This document shows positions 38,205 through 51,538 of a DNA stretch of 62,017 nt, in pieces (positions within the stretch are counted from its first letter, which is position 1; each line of letters begins with the position of its first letter). A program made the position numbers and the translations under genes. The notes below the pieces were generated by a model. The model worked only from the letters and a program-made list of their open reading frames with translations. It did not search any database and was not told the DNA's origin. Source of the DNA: Ginglymostoma cirratum (lineage: Eukaryota); assembly GCA_024137785.1 (NCBI GenBank), contig JAHRHZ010000069.1, forward strand, positions 10,045,545 to 10,107,561. The letters are read 5' to 3'.

Positions 38205-38440
38205 CTAATTTTGTTCTCTCTTCTCACTACTTTCTCCATCTGTCTATCTATCTACCTTTCTATCTATCTATCTATTCATGTCTGTTTCTTCCTTTCTTTT
38301 TCTCTTGCTTTCATTTTCTATCTTTCTTTCTTGAATTTCCCCCTGTCCCGTTCCTTTCTCCTCTCACCTTCTGCTGGTCTCACCCTCATCCTCTTTTCTC
38401 TCTCTTCTTCTCTTCTCTGCTACCCATCTCTCCTTCCTAG
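38205..38440 (+). repeat. Polypyrimidine low-complexity tract including (TCTA)n
   Basis: tctatctatctacctttctatctatctatctattc within a C/T-rich tract. Confidence 0.8.
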
Positions 38441-40377
38441 TCGGTGAGCAAGCTACTCATTTGTGGAAGACACAGCCAAAGAGACCCATTATACTTTCAA
38501 CTGGCTTTGTCAGAGAATGTGCTGGAAGGAACATGAATACTTCTGAAGGGAAACTGATAAATATTTGAAGAAAATAAAAGAGGGGAATGATTAGAGGGAT
38601 GATATGAAGTGAATACCTCTTGTAGACTGGTGGTGCAGACACAGTAGACAGACTGGCTTCTCACCATACTGTAAAACTCTGTCTTGCAAATACGGGTCAA
38701 CAGATATCATATAAATGTCAGAAGCTGGCTGACTTTTCATTGTCCTTTTCTGTGATGGTAGCCAAGGTCAACTGACCTAATGTCACACCAGCCAGTCACT
38801 TAATTAATTTTCAACTCTGAATCGAACCTGGAACCTTTTGATCTTCCATGATTGGTGTTAGATTGGACGGTCTCTTTATCACCCCAGACCACAAGGGAGA
38901 TTTAGGGGCATTTTAATCTTTATTTCAATTTGATGCAGCATTAATTCATAGCTACTGTACCATTGGGTCACCTTTAAACCTGAACTGAGGTGAGACATTT
39001 TGAATTGAATATTAATTGGGCTTTTACTTTTAAAAGTTCTTAAGCACCACATGAATTCCTCAAATAACTTGTTACAAACTTTCAACTCACGCGATGAAAG
39101 CTTGCTCACCCCTCAAAATTTCATTAACTAACAATTGATCCAATTGTTGAGTCGTTCATGTAATATCTTTCGTAGGCTTCATTCCTTACCTTGAAACAGT
39201 CCGAATCTGTATTTGATTTGAACTAGAAGACAGAGAAGAATATTTGTTTTTCCACTTCAAGTTGCAATTGATGTGATCTGAAAACAACCGACAATGTGGA
39301 CATATGAACAATTTATAAACTTAATTTTAACATGGAAAATTAGGAAAAAATTCACCAAACTACAAAACACTTACAGATGAGAAGTCTAATTAATATATTT
39401 TACTTTAACCAAACCAGAGTGCTGTACATTTCTAATCTCATTATTTTAGTATCCGGTTGCCTGTCAAATAACCCAAGAGATCTTTTTTCTCTTAGTGTTA
39501 TCTGCGGTCCGTTCCATGTATTGAATACCCTTTGTGTGAAGAAACATCTGGTATCAGTTTGAAATTTGCCCTTTGGTGGTTTAAATCTGTGTTTCTTTTA
39601 TATCCATGGTTTTCAAATAGGGAAATTGAACAATGCAGCTGGGTAAGGTGCCAAAGTGTTAATTTGTAAACTGGCTGCCCAGTAACAATGAGGAATGGAA
39701 ACTAATCTGTGTCCATTTTCTGATTGTTACATATGTAAAAAAAACTCTTCATAAGTGCAAGGAAGACACTCTACTGTGGATACTAAGTGTGTCCATATCA
39801 AATGTTTGAGAGTGCTGAGGATCAGCATGTTTGCATGGGAAATATGCATGATTCTAAGGGGAGTGTGCACGGTTCTACAGGCTACTTTTTGTGTCAGCAA
39901 TGTATACAATTCTGCAGGGAAAATATGTTTTCTTGCCTGTTTGTGTCTGTGCCAAATGTGTGACTATTTGCAGTGGCGCAAGACACAGCCTGTACTGAAT
40001 AGTTGATTTCAGGGAGCAGTCTGTAATTGCTGGTATTAGTGAGCAATTCTGTACACGAGTCGCAATGTGCTTACAAAGGAAGTGTGTACATTTTGCACAT
40101 CTGTAATTCAGAAGTGAAAAGCAACGTACACTGGCTGTCCTGTCAAAATCTATGTAGTTTGTTTTTCTTTCAGCTTTTATACCCTTTTGCTGCAGGCACC
40201 CTCAACTTAGGAGGTAAAAGAAGAGACATATTGAGGTTCACAATGAACCGTTTCGTACTGTAATCCAGTATTTTATTAGATTCTGCCCACACAGTATTTC
40301 TGCTGAAAACAGGAATGAGGTATACTTGTGTCTCACAGCTCCTGATGGAAATAAATTTTTTTGCTTTTACCCAAAAA

Positions 40378-40963
40378 GTTCCCAAGGTGGCTGCACCTGC
40401 AAGGTAGATAGTGTTTGGGCTTCTGAGCCTATTTGGCCCAGGTCAGCCGCATTGTTCTCTCTCTTTCCTTTTCATCTTCTTTCTTTTTCTTCATCTTCTT
40501 GTCGGGGGCAGAGGAAGTGGCATCACGGAGGAGGCTAGACGAAGGCAGTGAGGTGGCAGCTGCACTGGTGGCTGATGGTTGCTGTAGGCCCGGAGTGGGG
40601 CCTCCTAGCAATGTCGGGAAGATGGCGGCAGTGGAGGTGGGGACATCGTGGGACATTGGCTGGACCCGGAACGGGGGACTCATTGTGGCCTAGAGACCGG
40701 AATACATTACAGAAACAGTTGGAGACATTAAGAAAACCCGGAGCTGTGCTTGACAAGAAGGACTGTGAATTTGAACATTATTTCTTATTTTTCTGCCTTT
40801 ATATCTTTCTGTCAATTGAGCCAAAGGTGAAGCTCCATTTAAATAATTTCTTTTCATTCTTCTTGTAATCCAAAATGGTGCCAGATTGTGGCAGCAAAAC
40901 ACGTCACCATATTTTCCCAAATCCATGTGACAATAAAATCATTTATTCATTCATTCATTCATT
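40378..40963 (+). mobile_element. ~585-bp non-coding retroposon with a LINE-type 3' tail
   Basis: GC-rich island in AT-rich DNA. Starts near caaggtggctgc, has an internal aagatggcggc, and ends catgtgacaataaa plus an (ATTC)n tail. Confidence 0.6.
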
Positions 40964-41759
40964 ACCTTCTTAAGATAAGAATTTGCATCAAAGGAGTTTC
41001 CTTGTCTGAATAAATTTATATTGCCTTCATTTCCTATTGAATCTAAACTATTGCGTTCTCTCTCTCTTGCACAGTCTCTCACTTTTTGCTTCATTTGTCC
41101 AATCCAGTTATGTTCCATTTACTTCTTTCCTTTGCAGTTCTTGCCCTCCCTCTCTGTCTCTCTCTTTCCTAGTATGTGATGATGAGGGATTGAAAGTTGA
41201 AGTGATTTCTGGTGCCTGACTTGATTTGCAGTCTTGTAACCCCAGCATAAAACACACAAGAATATTTATTCCTGCTATTATTAATGAACATTTGGTTTAG
41301 GATGCAAAGCCTTTAGTTTGCATACATTCAGGCTGCAGACAGTCTTTTTTTTAATTTTCTGTATTCAGAGGTAAATTCCATGCTAATTATTTTTAAAACT
41401 TGACATGCTGAATTTATCATTTCATTTCTTCTTGGTTAGTTACTTTCTTGCATCATCCTAGGCTGAAACCTCTGCCAACACTGTTTGCTTAACATGGAGT
41501 GTGAAACTGCCTCTTAATGATACTTACTCAGGTTTTCCTTTTCCTGCTGTACACTTGGTACTTCCCTGAAATTGGCACAACTGGAATGAGGAATTTGGTG
41601 TGGTTTTCTATCAGTTTTGAAGCTCTGACTCCTCCCCAGCAGCAGATGACCACACAGTGTTAACAAATCCCATTTTTTTGAGTTCCATTTTATTTCTTCT
41701 CACCTTTGTGCCATTGATGTGGGAGTGTTCTGCAAGGTCAGGCTGCAAGTGTTCGCCTT

Positions 41760-42155
41760 AGGTCAATGGGCAGCACTTTTACCTCTGAGACAAAAGGTTG
41801 TTGCTTTAAATTCTCCTATGAGATTTGTGCAAGGACCGCAGTACTGAGCAACAGTGCAGTACTAAAGGAGGGCTTCACTGTTGGAGGTGTGTGTTTTCAG
41901 ATGTTAAACAGTAATGCCAGCTCTCTCAGGTTGTCATAACAGATTGACTGTTTCAATGATGAACTGGGACTTCTGTTTGATAACCAGGCCAATATATATC
42001 CATGAACCAGCGGTAAGAGAGATCTTCATAATGTTCTTTTTGGGATTTTGCTGTGCACAACTTGGCTGTGATTATTACTGCAATACAAAAGTAATTAATT
42101 GACTGTAAAGTCCTTGGAGTATCTTGAGGTTGCAAAAGACGTTTTATTATTGGAA
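41760..42155 (+). mobile_element. DeuSINE/SacSINE1-like relic
   Basis: gcacttttacctctgagacaaaaggttg head, cagtactaaaggagggcttcactgttggaggtg, ctctctcaggttg, and tail gactgtaaagtccttggagtatcttgaggttgcaaaagacg. Confidence 0.6.
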
Positions 42156-44374
42156 TGTTTTAATTTCTCACGTGCCTTGCACAATACAGCTAATTGAATA
42201 ATGTTCCAACTTCAATATTAACTATGGGAGGATGACTCAAGGCCTATGCAACGCAAGAGTTTGTGTCTTCATGATTGGGCTGCAGAAGTGTGAAATACAA
42301 ATAATGTTTCTGTTATCTCAGGTTATAGATGTCTCCAGTTCTTAAAGTTCCAACCAATCATTCATTTATCGTTGAAGTAATTGTACTGAGAAAAGCCTTT
42401 TCTAAAATCCCATTCCAAATACTGTTGGACAAGAATTACAAGTACAGACTGGACCCAATGGGTCTTTGGACACTCCAATCTAATCATGCTTCTTCCAGCC
42501 AGGAAAACCAAACTAGTCCAGGAGCTGCTTTCAGAAAATAGAATAATCCCTGGCCTCTTCCCAAGTGAAACATATGAAAATAAAGTGCCTTCTTTCTGCT
42601 TTGGCTGAGTCAGCAAGGTACTGGATCTCAGCTTTAAGGTGTAAGACAATTTATAATTTTGTTTCTAAATTGGATATTGACTTGTTTTCAAACAATGAAT
42701 AATTTCCAAAGTTGGTGCTCTGGAAGACCTTTAATTTCATCATCATGCTTTGGAAAACAGCCCTCATGGACTGAAAAGCCCTGATTTTGATTATTTATCT
42801 TCAACTTTTGTTGATACCAGAATAAGGAATTATTTATTCAGCTTCTTCCATGATCAAAGGATGTCCAAAGTGATTCACACCTAGTGATATTCTTTCACAG
42901 TTTCTGATATTGCAATATAAGGAAATCTAATTTGCATTCAGAAACATCCCACAAACAGCAATTAAATAATTGTCACAATCTATCCTAAGAATATTAGTTG
43001 TGAGATAATTACTACCCAGAGCTCTGGAAGAACTTACTTGGTCTTCCTCAAAGTGTGTTCCAGAGTTTTTCATACGCATGAGAGACAGAGGTGACATTGT
43101 TTCAAAGTTTAATGAGAACAATAGACCTTCCTTCAGTACCATCCTGAAACATTTCAACATTCCCGTGATGTAAATGAGTCAGTGCATCTGCATCCTATTA
43201 AACATTTAAATTAAACATTTGGGGGTGTTATGATTGTAACTGCTAAAATATAACGGTTGGATGGCCTACAGGGTAATGACAATGAAAATATATTGCTGAG
43301 CCTTACTCAATGTCATTGTGCCTGAGTGGAATTTCAGTTGTTGCACTGAGCTGTCTAAAGGTTTGATCCTTGACCTCAATTGGGTGATGATAGAGGTACT
43401 GCAATTGATGATTCTAAGTGAGGTAGAGAGAAAATCAGCCAGGTTCCCCATTCCTGGCTGTTTTTCCGTAGCTGCATCTAAAAGCAGTAATGGGACATTT
43501 GATAAAGCTGAGATCAGTCCTGATGGCACCAGTCTTCACTGTCAAATAATTTGCTGATTGCTGAGGATCTGTGCATCAGGAAAAGTCATCACTATCAGGA
43601 GAAAACAGGAAAAATGACAGACCAATCATTAGTAGATACAGCATTCCACAGAGAGGTTCAAACTGTGTTGTACAAGAACTGCAATTATTCCTTTTTTCGA
43701 ACCGAAACCATATTATTGTGATGACTTTAATAATGTTTCCAAGCAAGCTTTTAAAATTAAAAGACTTTGCAAAATGAGTTATCTAGAAACCAAAGATCTC
43801 CCTTGTGGGACTGTCTACTGAGTGTGTGAACAGCTGTCTATCACCGATCACTTATCCAAGGCCTGCCAGCTTCACATAGCCTCCACCTTCATTTGGGTCT
43901 TTATAATTCCTTTCCTTTCGTCTGAGAATTTTGTGGAACCCTCTGCTGCACTAAAAGTACTCTATAAACGCAAGGTGTTGCTATTGCCTGATCAGAATTA
44001 ATGTTTTTTTTCTATATTTTAATTGATTTCATAACTTTCTATCCAAAGTGATTCACATGGCTTTCTAATTGACCAGTAGGTTACCTGTGGACTGGTCAAA
44101 TAGTGGTGTGCTAAGAACCAAATGAAATCATGTCCCGAGTAGGTAACTTCAACTACCTAGAAGGGCATGGATAGCAAGTACGTGTGAACAGTATCACCTC
44201 CAGCTTTCAAACCTACTTGATTTGAACACATATTGCCTTTCCTTTAATGCTGCTTGGCGAAAATCCTGGAACACCCTACTTAACCTCAGCACAGGGAACA
44301 TCACACTAGACAGACTGCAGAGGTTCAAAAAGAAGGCACACCACCACTTTCTCATGGCTAATTTTCTTTTCTCT

Positions 44375-44735
44375 TTATTTCTTCATTCAATGTGGGCATT
44401 GCTGGTGAGGCTAACATTTGTTGCCCACCTCTAAGTGCCTCTGATGTGAGTGACTTGCAAGGACATTCCAGGGGGCATATAGAAGTCAATTACTTCTGTA
44501 AGTCTGGAGTCACATGTAGGCCTGACCAGGTAAGGATGACAGATTTGCTTCCTTAAAGGATTATCACAACAATTGATGACAGCTTCATGGTCATCATTAT
44601 TGAAACCAGCTTGATACTCCAAACATTTTTATTAAATGAATCAAAATTTCACCAGCTGCCACAGTGACATTCAACCCCAGAACATTAGTTGGCTTCTGGA
44701 TTACGTGTCCAATGATATTACAACTAAACCATCAT
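44375..44735 (-). mobile_element. tRNA-derived SINE, same family as 28040-28345
   Basis: gtctggagtcacatgtaggcctgaccaggtaaggatgacagatttgcttccttaaagga is the reverse-complement homologue of 28235-28295. Confidence 0.65.
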
Positions 44736-45353
44736 TTACTCTGTTGGGGTTGGGCAATGATTGCTCACATTTCTTGCAATACCCACATTCTGAAATTGAA
44801 AACGGAGAAAATGTTTCCTTCCCAACACCATGGTGGGTAGGAAGAAAAAACAGAGGACACATCAGTTGCCTCATCAGAAAGGGATTGATAGTATTACCAG
44901 GACTGAAGTCTTGCTGTGATTTTCTTTTCTCGAAGAAAGTATTGACATACCATGCTAAGGAAAGGTATGATGTGCCTCATAAAAAGACAAATTAAAATGC
45001 AAAGCTTGTGTGAAAATGTATCCTCCTCCAATCGGGAATGTGTGAGTACAGAGAGAGTGCATTACATTGCATTTAAAAGTAATGCCTTTTGTCATAATTG
45101 TCAGCAGTGAGATGAAGACAATTTCATGGTAAGAATAAATGTGTTCTTTTTGTTGGGTTTGGGATTTGTGTTAATGCGATTTGCAATTTCAATTTGTCAA
45201 TTTCTCCCTTTTGTGAAGTTCCTGTTCTGCTGGGCTTTGTTTCACTCAGAGACTAATACTGCTGCAGAAGCTCAGGCAAACAGTCATTTAAAGGGAATTT
45301 TCCAGACAAGGTGCATATTGAACCAGGGGCCAGCTTGCAGCTAACCTCTCCTG

Positions 45354-45690
45354 CTGATGCCCATCTCTCTTGCCGATGTCCATCTAGCTCGCTCATAAAA
45401 ATCTCTCTTGCCGATGACATTTCTCTTGCTGAGGTCCAACTTTCTCATTGATATCCGTCTCTCCTGGTGATGACCATTTCACTCAGAGATATCCCATCTC
45501 TCCCAGTGAACCATCTCTCATGGTGATGTCTATCTCTCTCACTGATGTCCATTTCTCTTGTTGATATCTCCCTGATAGTGATTTTATTTTCTTTCCCTGG
45601 CTGACTTTCCCCATAATGCAGTGATATTCCTTTTCTCTCTGATATTGTCTCTGGCTAACTTTCTCCTGTTCTTGCAGATTTTCTACCCCA
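45354..45690 (+). repeat. Degenerate 19-bp minisatellite (consensus ~CTGATGTCCATCTCTCTTG)
   Basis: Units 45354-45372 ctgatgcccatctctcttg, 45373-45391 ccgatgtccatctagctcg, 45392-45410 ctcataaaaatctctcttg and so on; about 11 clear units, then decaying. Confidence 0.85.
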
Positions 45691-45694
45691 TTGA

Positions 45695-46262
45695 TTGATC
45701 TTAATTGCAGTGAGTGCAAGACTAAAGAAATCTTGCTGCAATTGTAATGAGTTTTAGTGGGATCAAACCTGCAGTACGGTGTATAGATCTAATCTTCCTA
45801 CTCAAGGAACAATATATTTGCCTTATAAGGGATCCGAAATAATTTTATTGCATTAATTCTTGTGATAAAAATGCCCTGTGAAGAGTGAGTGAGTAGAGTG
45901 GGTTTATATTCCAATGTCCTTAGGAAAATGACAGGTGACCTCATTGAAAATATGATTCCTACAGGCCTGGACAAGGTTCTTTCCCCTTGCTGAAGCCAGG
46001 TTTCTGGCTAAGGGGGAAGTTGTTTTGGTCTTGGGTGAAGACAGGAGATAATTTTTCACTTTGAGGACTGTGAATTTTTTAGAACCCATGGAGCTGTAGA
46101 TGTTCGGTCTTTGAGCACATCCAAGGCTGAGATCAGTACCTGGACCGCAAAGGGATCAAAGCATACAGATGGGAATGCAATATAGCGGTTGAGGATTTGT
46201 TATTATATTATTGCCAAATGGAAAAGCAGCTATATGGTCTGCTCCTGCTCCTATTTCCTGCA
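45695..46262 (+). mobile_element. Old CR1 3' fragment
   Basis: gagtgcaagactaaagaaatcttgctgcaattgta...aaacctgcagtacggtgtatag...ggtgacctcattgaaa...aagggatcaaagcata...ctgctcctgctcctatttc. Confidence 0.75.
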
Positions 46263-48704
46263 ACCTTGTGTTTATTACTCAAGCCCACATGCTCACTGGT
46301 TTTCCCTACGTGCGTTGATTCACTTTATCCCTCACTTTTGCTGATTTCCTCTGCCGTCACTGATTTCCCTCTTTACTAGTTATCCCACTTTTTCTGGTTT
46401 TGTTTTCCGCTCTCCAATAAGAAAATGTTGTGAGCAGTGGTCACTTTAAGCAGGCAGCCTGGCTGCAATGAACTAATTCAGTTGCAGGGTGGATGTGCTG
46501 AACCCTTAGAGAAGCAGCTGTTCCATCTGACATTCTGGCCTAAGGTGGTCTATGATGCCGAGAGACCCAATGGTTGGAAGTGGGTAGAAATAATGAGGAA
46601 ATTAGACATGAAAGTGAAAACCTTTCTCCATAGTGGTGAAAGATGACACCGCTTAAAAAGAAGTCACATCTTTTGATAGTGGTTGGTGAAGGGAGAATTT
46701 CTGGTAAGGCAACAAAGGTCTTGCCACTATTCTATTCATAGTGCTGTCTCTACTGAGTTTCCAATAATCCATATATTCAGTAACATTAACAGTACAATAG
46801 GTTATGGAAGTTACAACATTGATGCTCATACTGTAACAGTTGGATTGTGTCAATGATGGCACATTTACAATAAAGAATGAAGCTCGTTATCCACGTAACA
46901 TAGCCTCATGATGCCACCTACTGATGGTACTTCAAAGTGTGGCAGCAAAGTCCAAAAATCAAGAGATAAGCAGAAGTACAGAGTCATGGCGTCATTGAAG
47001 AGAGCCTAACAAGTATTGAGCGCACATGTATGACCAATTGTGCCTCTTGAATAAACAGAGAGCCGAGTGTCCTTGATGTACAATGGTTAATTGCTTACTT
47101 ACTTACAATATGTCTCCATACAAATTTTAATCATATTTTGGGTTACTCCTCCAAATTGTGTCTTCCATGGCTATATTCGATCTTAGTTGTGAAGTACGTT
47201 GCCGTGTTCTTTGCTTTGAAAGTGCCATGTAAATGCAAGTTGTTGTGCAGCTCAGAGAATAATTGGGGCGCTGAGACTTGGCTTTTAATGTGCGCTGTTA
47301 TAGCCATCTCGATAAAGGGAAAAGAGTTTAATATAAGGCCCATAGAGATAGGGAGCTTTTTCTTGCTTCAGCCGAAAGAAAATCCTTTAGTGCTGGCTTG
47401 GAAATGGAAGCAATACTATTTGGACAACGTTCGAGATGGCAATATGGAAAATCTGACAATGCTTCACGCATAGTATAATTTTCGTGAAGAAATATTGACA
47501 GCACTTGTTCTGTTTGAAAGATCAAAGCAGCCACATCAAAGGGCTGTAGTGTGAAATGAACATGTGAAATCAGAACTGAGTGTCCTTTCTCTGTATCATC
47601 AATTATTTGCAATAGTAATGTTTTTTATTCCTCTATTTGTAGTCTTCATTTCTGACAATCAACATCAGAATCTGTGTGCAAAATTATTGTCATGGCTGTG
47701 AGCAGAAGAGAGGATATTTTATTTGCTGCTGCTGTAAGGCACATTCTAGATTGACTATTCCAAAGGTCAAACTGAGCAACCTTGAGTAAATAGGCATGAA
47801 ACCTTTTATATTGCTTTCATATCTCAAAGATTTCAGAATTTGTTAATTATTGGGCTATTGAATTGATGACACAGTTCGAGTCAAGCTATTTTTTATTAAG
47901 GTTCTGAGACCTTATTCGCCTAAAATAAACATGATAATTAGAATCGCAGTGTCTTGTCTTCATGGTGCTACAGACATATTTTAAATTACTCTTGCTGTTC
48001 GATTGCTGATCCATGCAGTCTTGCTTCTGGGCATTGGGAACAGCTACTAAAGACAAATGATCTTTCAGTCGAGCAAGGATGGTGTTTGTGCTTAGGAAAG
48101 CTTAAGTAGATAAGAACAAAAAAGAAGCCAATCCATTTGGCCCGTCGAAATTCATCGGTTTAGTGCACTAGCCTCTACCACTTTTTACCCAATGTTTCAG
48201 TTAAGTTCTCGGCCCGACAATATTCCAAATATTTACGACTTTCTAGATACAAAGAAGCTTAACTACTTATCAAGAATTATCCTTCCAGTCTTTGGATAGC
48301 TTTGCTTTGTGTCTTACATTTTTCCTGTACCCCTACAAACATTCTTTCATTTGATTGAAAAGATCCTTCAAGACCCTGCTCTTGGGTACCTGTCAAAAAC
48401 TACTGCTGCTAAGAAGTGGCCAAAATAACCCATCCACGTTCTGACCCTTCCCTGCCCCAAAGCAGCCCAGTGTCACTCAGCTTCTTCCTGTCAACTGAAC
48501 TCAACAACACTGCACCCTCATCCTACTTTGGATCAATAATGCATCACATTAGAGTACTATCAATGTTGCATTCATGATCAACAGTTGTCACAGTTGACTG
48601 GGCTATGCTGAGGGAGGAGCATGGCACACAAAGGCTTGAGGGAAGCACACAAGGACTTGTTCTGGCTAAACTCAGGCACTTAAAAGAGTTACTGCATCAG
48701 CTGC

Positions 48705-48708
<4 letters not shown>

Positions 48709-48736
<28 letters not shown>
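48709..48736 (+). repeat. (TG)14 microsatellite
   Basis: Direct read. Confidence 0.95.
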
Positions 48737-49493
48737 GCCCCCATTTTGCCAGTCTCCTGTAGACTGAGATGCACATGCAATACGCACAGCACACCTTTAC
48801 TGTACTTCAGGCTGTTACTAAGGTTTGTGAAGTGTGCCGTATAATTTCTACAACTTGGTTATATATTGTCATGACTTCATCAACACTGAGTCAGTCTTCT
48901 GGAAAGCATAATGTCATAATCATAACAACTGTAGCAGTTCAAAAATGCCGCCTTGCCAGGGTTACCCACATCCTGATTTTAAAAAATAGGGGCAATCAGC
49001 AAATATCAGTCAAGTACTGTTTTAATGGATGTCCTGTGGCATTGCTGAGATGTCGTCTGGCGTTGCTGATCCAACAATTACTTTGATGATAATAACAGAG
49101 GCCTTGCACATATTACACACACAATATAGATTTCTGCCAACTAAGATGTAACCTGTATGGTCGCTTCGTGAATACAACATTCAATTTTTGCAAGTGAGGT
49201 TCCTGATTTATTAGAATCTGAACAAATCCTGAGGTTATGGTCGAGGTTATTGCTTCAATGTAAGTTAGTTGCTCCTTGTACAAGCCTCTGAATTCAGTAA
49301 AAACAGCAGGGAATAGTAGCATTTCTTCATTGTAACATTGGTGGCTAGTAAGACATATAACAATCACGAGAGTATTGAAATGGGTTTGAGTTCTTTAGAT
49401 CTTTAGTCAGGCTCCTTTTACATTCTGTCTATAAGTAGAGTTTACCTTCTACTGATTGGCAGGGTGATTAAACTGTTTCACTCCAAAGAATTT

Positions 49494-49824
49494 GGGGCGG
49501 TATGCTGTCTCAGTGGCTAGCACTGCTACCTCACAGCACTGGGGATCCATGTTCGATTCCACCCTCGTGCAACTGTCTGTGTGAAGTTTGCATATATCAT
49601 CCCCTTGTCTGCTTGTGTTTTCTCCAGGTGCTCCGGATTCCTCCCACGGTCCTAAGATGTGCAGGTTAGGTGGATTGGCCATGCTACCTTGCTCATAGTG
49701 TTCAGGGATTTGGCTATGGGAAATGCAGGGTTACAGGGATATGGTAGGGGTGTGGATTGGGAGGGTCAGTGTGAATTTGATGGGCCAAATGGCCTGCTTC
49801 CACACTGTACGGATTCTATGATTC
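49494..49824 (+). mobile_element. HE1-type V-SINE
   Basis: ggggcggtatgctgtctcagtggctagcac head, gttcgattcc B box, V-domain, and tail ttccacactgtacggattctatgatt. Confidence 0.93.
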
Positions 49825-51538
49825 AATAGTGAATGTTGACAGGCCACCGATTATAACATGAATATTGTACTGTTTGCTGCACATCCAACAGGTGGCAGAA
49901 CTGCTGCGAGTGATGTTAACACTGACGCAGGTTCAATATCTAGATTGGCCTGCATTGCTGCATCTTTTGGCCATTCCTAATGGCATCCTCCACTCGATAC
50001 TGGTAAAAGAGTTGTAAGTGTATTGAAAACATCTCCCAGAATGATATTGAGACCCAGGTTGGGTGTGAAGATTGCTGATCTGAACTAGCAAGAATATTAT
50101 CTGGTTTAATTGTATTCCCCCTTTAGATAAACATCTTATTGACACTTACCACCTCTGCTCACGCACACAGAATGACCACTGGAGTATGGTACCAGTGAGT
50201 TACCAGTGTATCATGTATCTATACCCCAGCAGAAGACAGTATTTTCAAGAAATAAGAATATCAGTGAGTAGGTAGGTGGTACAACAACAGATGACCTTTT
50301 TGTAGTGCTGATTAAGGGATGAAAGGTGGTTGATCACTGTTAGAATCCCTCTGTTCTTCTTTTAATACAGTGCTTCCAAGTTTTTTATTCCCCTCTGCTG
50401 TGACCCCATTTTGAATACTTCGCACTTGGTATGACTCCAGAATGAAAATAGAGGAAGAGAGTTGAAGAGAGTTATTGGGCTGGGTGTTCAAACAGCAAGG
50501 ACATCGGCACAAGACACCTACCATTTTGCCAGATCTGTTGATGTCAGCAAGTGGGCCTCAGAATGCATTAGATTAGGCCACGTTCACAACTGAACAAAAA
50601 ACAAATTATCCTACATTTAAAGGGGGCTTGTAGCCAATCCCAGGCCTGTCAAATCTGGCTCTCTGATGCAAAGCTGCCAGTGCCTTCATGTGACCACAGT
50701 TGCTTGTGACCTGATGCCATTGAGAGCCACAACCACAGTTTGTGAATCCCTGCTCCAGTAGTATCATGCAATTGTTTACATCCATCTGAACAGACAAATG
50801 GGAGCTTGGTTTAAAATTTAATCTAAAAGGCACCACTTTCAACAATGAAGGAGCACTGGAGTGCTGTGTGCATTATGGATTCTGCTCCTGAATTAGGATG
50901 GAACACACAAAATTCACATTTAGAAGCCTGACTGAGTTGAGCGAATATAATCTTATCTGTGCAAATTAAATCCCTCTTTGCACAATAACTTTCACTTGTA
51001 TGATACCTTTCACATTGATATTCCGAAAATTCAAAGGTGCTTGACACTGAGCAAGAAGTGTGGCAGAAATTATTGATGAAAGATGTGGTTGGGCCAAGTA
51101 AGTTTTGAAGGTAGGGATTAAAGCAACAAAGTCGTGACAGCTAAGAGAGAGAGAGCGTGATAAGCAGATTCATGGTGACTACACAAACAGACAGTGTGGT
51201 AAACAGAAGGTGTGTACTGACTATGGGGTCACAATCTATACCTTGTGCTTGCATCTTTATAAAACATCTTTTTCTCATTTGAAGACACCACTGGATGCAT
51301 GTCGATGATCTAGAAAGAAAGATTAATTATTTTAGTATCTTTCCTGATCGTCAGGCATCTCTCAGTGCTTTATAGCAAATTACGTGCTTTTGAAGTGTAT
51401 CCAACATGGTATTGTCGAAGATGTGGCAGCAAATTTGTGTACAGCAAGCTTCCACAAAACAGCAGTAAGATCCAGATTTTTTTTTTTTCAAAATGATCAT
51501 TTTGATCACTGATGGATAAGTGTTGGCCAGAACACTTC

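Noticed and set aside
42322-42610. Possible second exon of the plus-strand gene (acceptor tgttatctcag)
   Set aside because: No recognisable peptide and no convincing downstream donor.
45354-45570. Regularly spaced repeats as a CRISPR array
   Set aside because: The units are contiguous and degenerate with no unique spacers, there are no cas genes, and the context is vertebrate.
46650-47110. Possible additional LTR or Gypsy fragment
   Set aside because: Only vague resemblance; no termini, TSD or clear protein motif was found.
47371-47475. Possible coding exon after ttttcttgcttcag
   Set aside because: The frames checked end in stops without a good donor, and the peptide is unrecognised. It may be non-coding conserved sequence.
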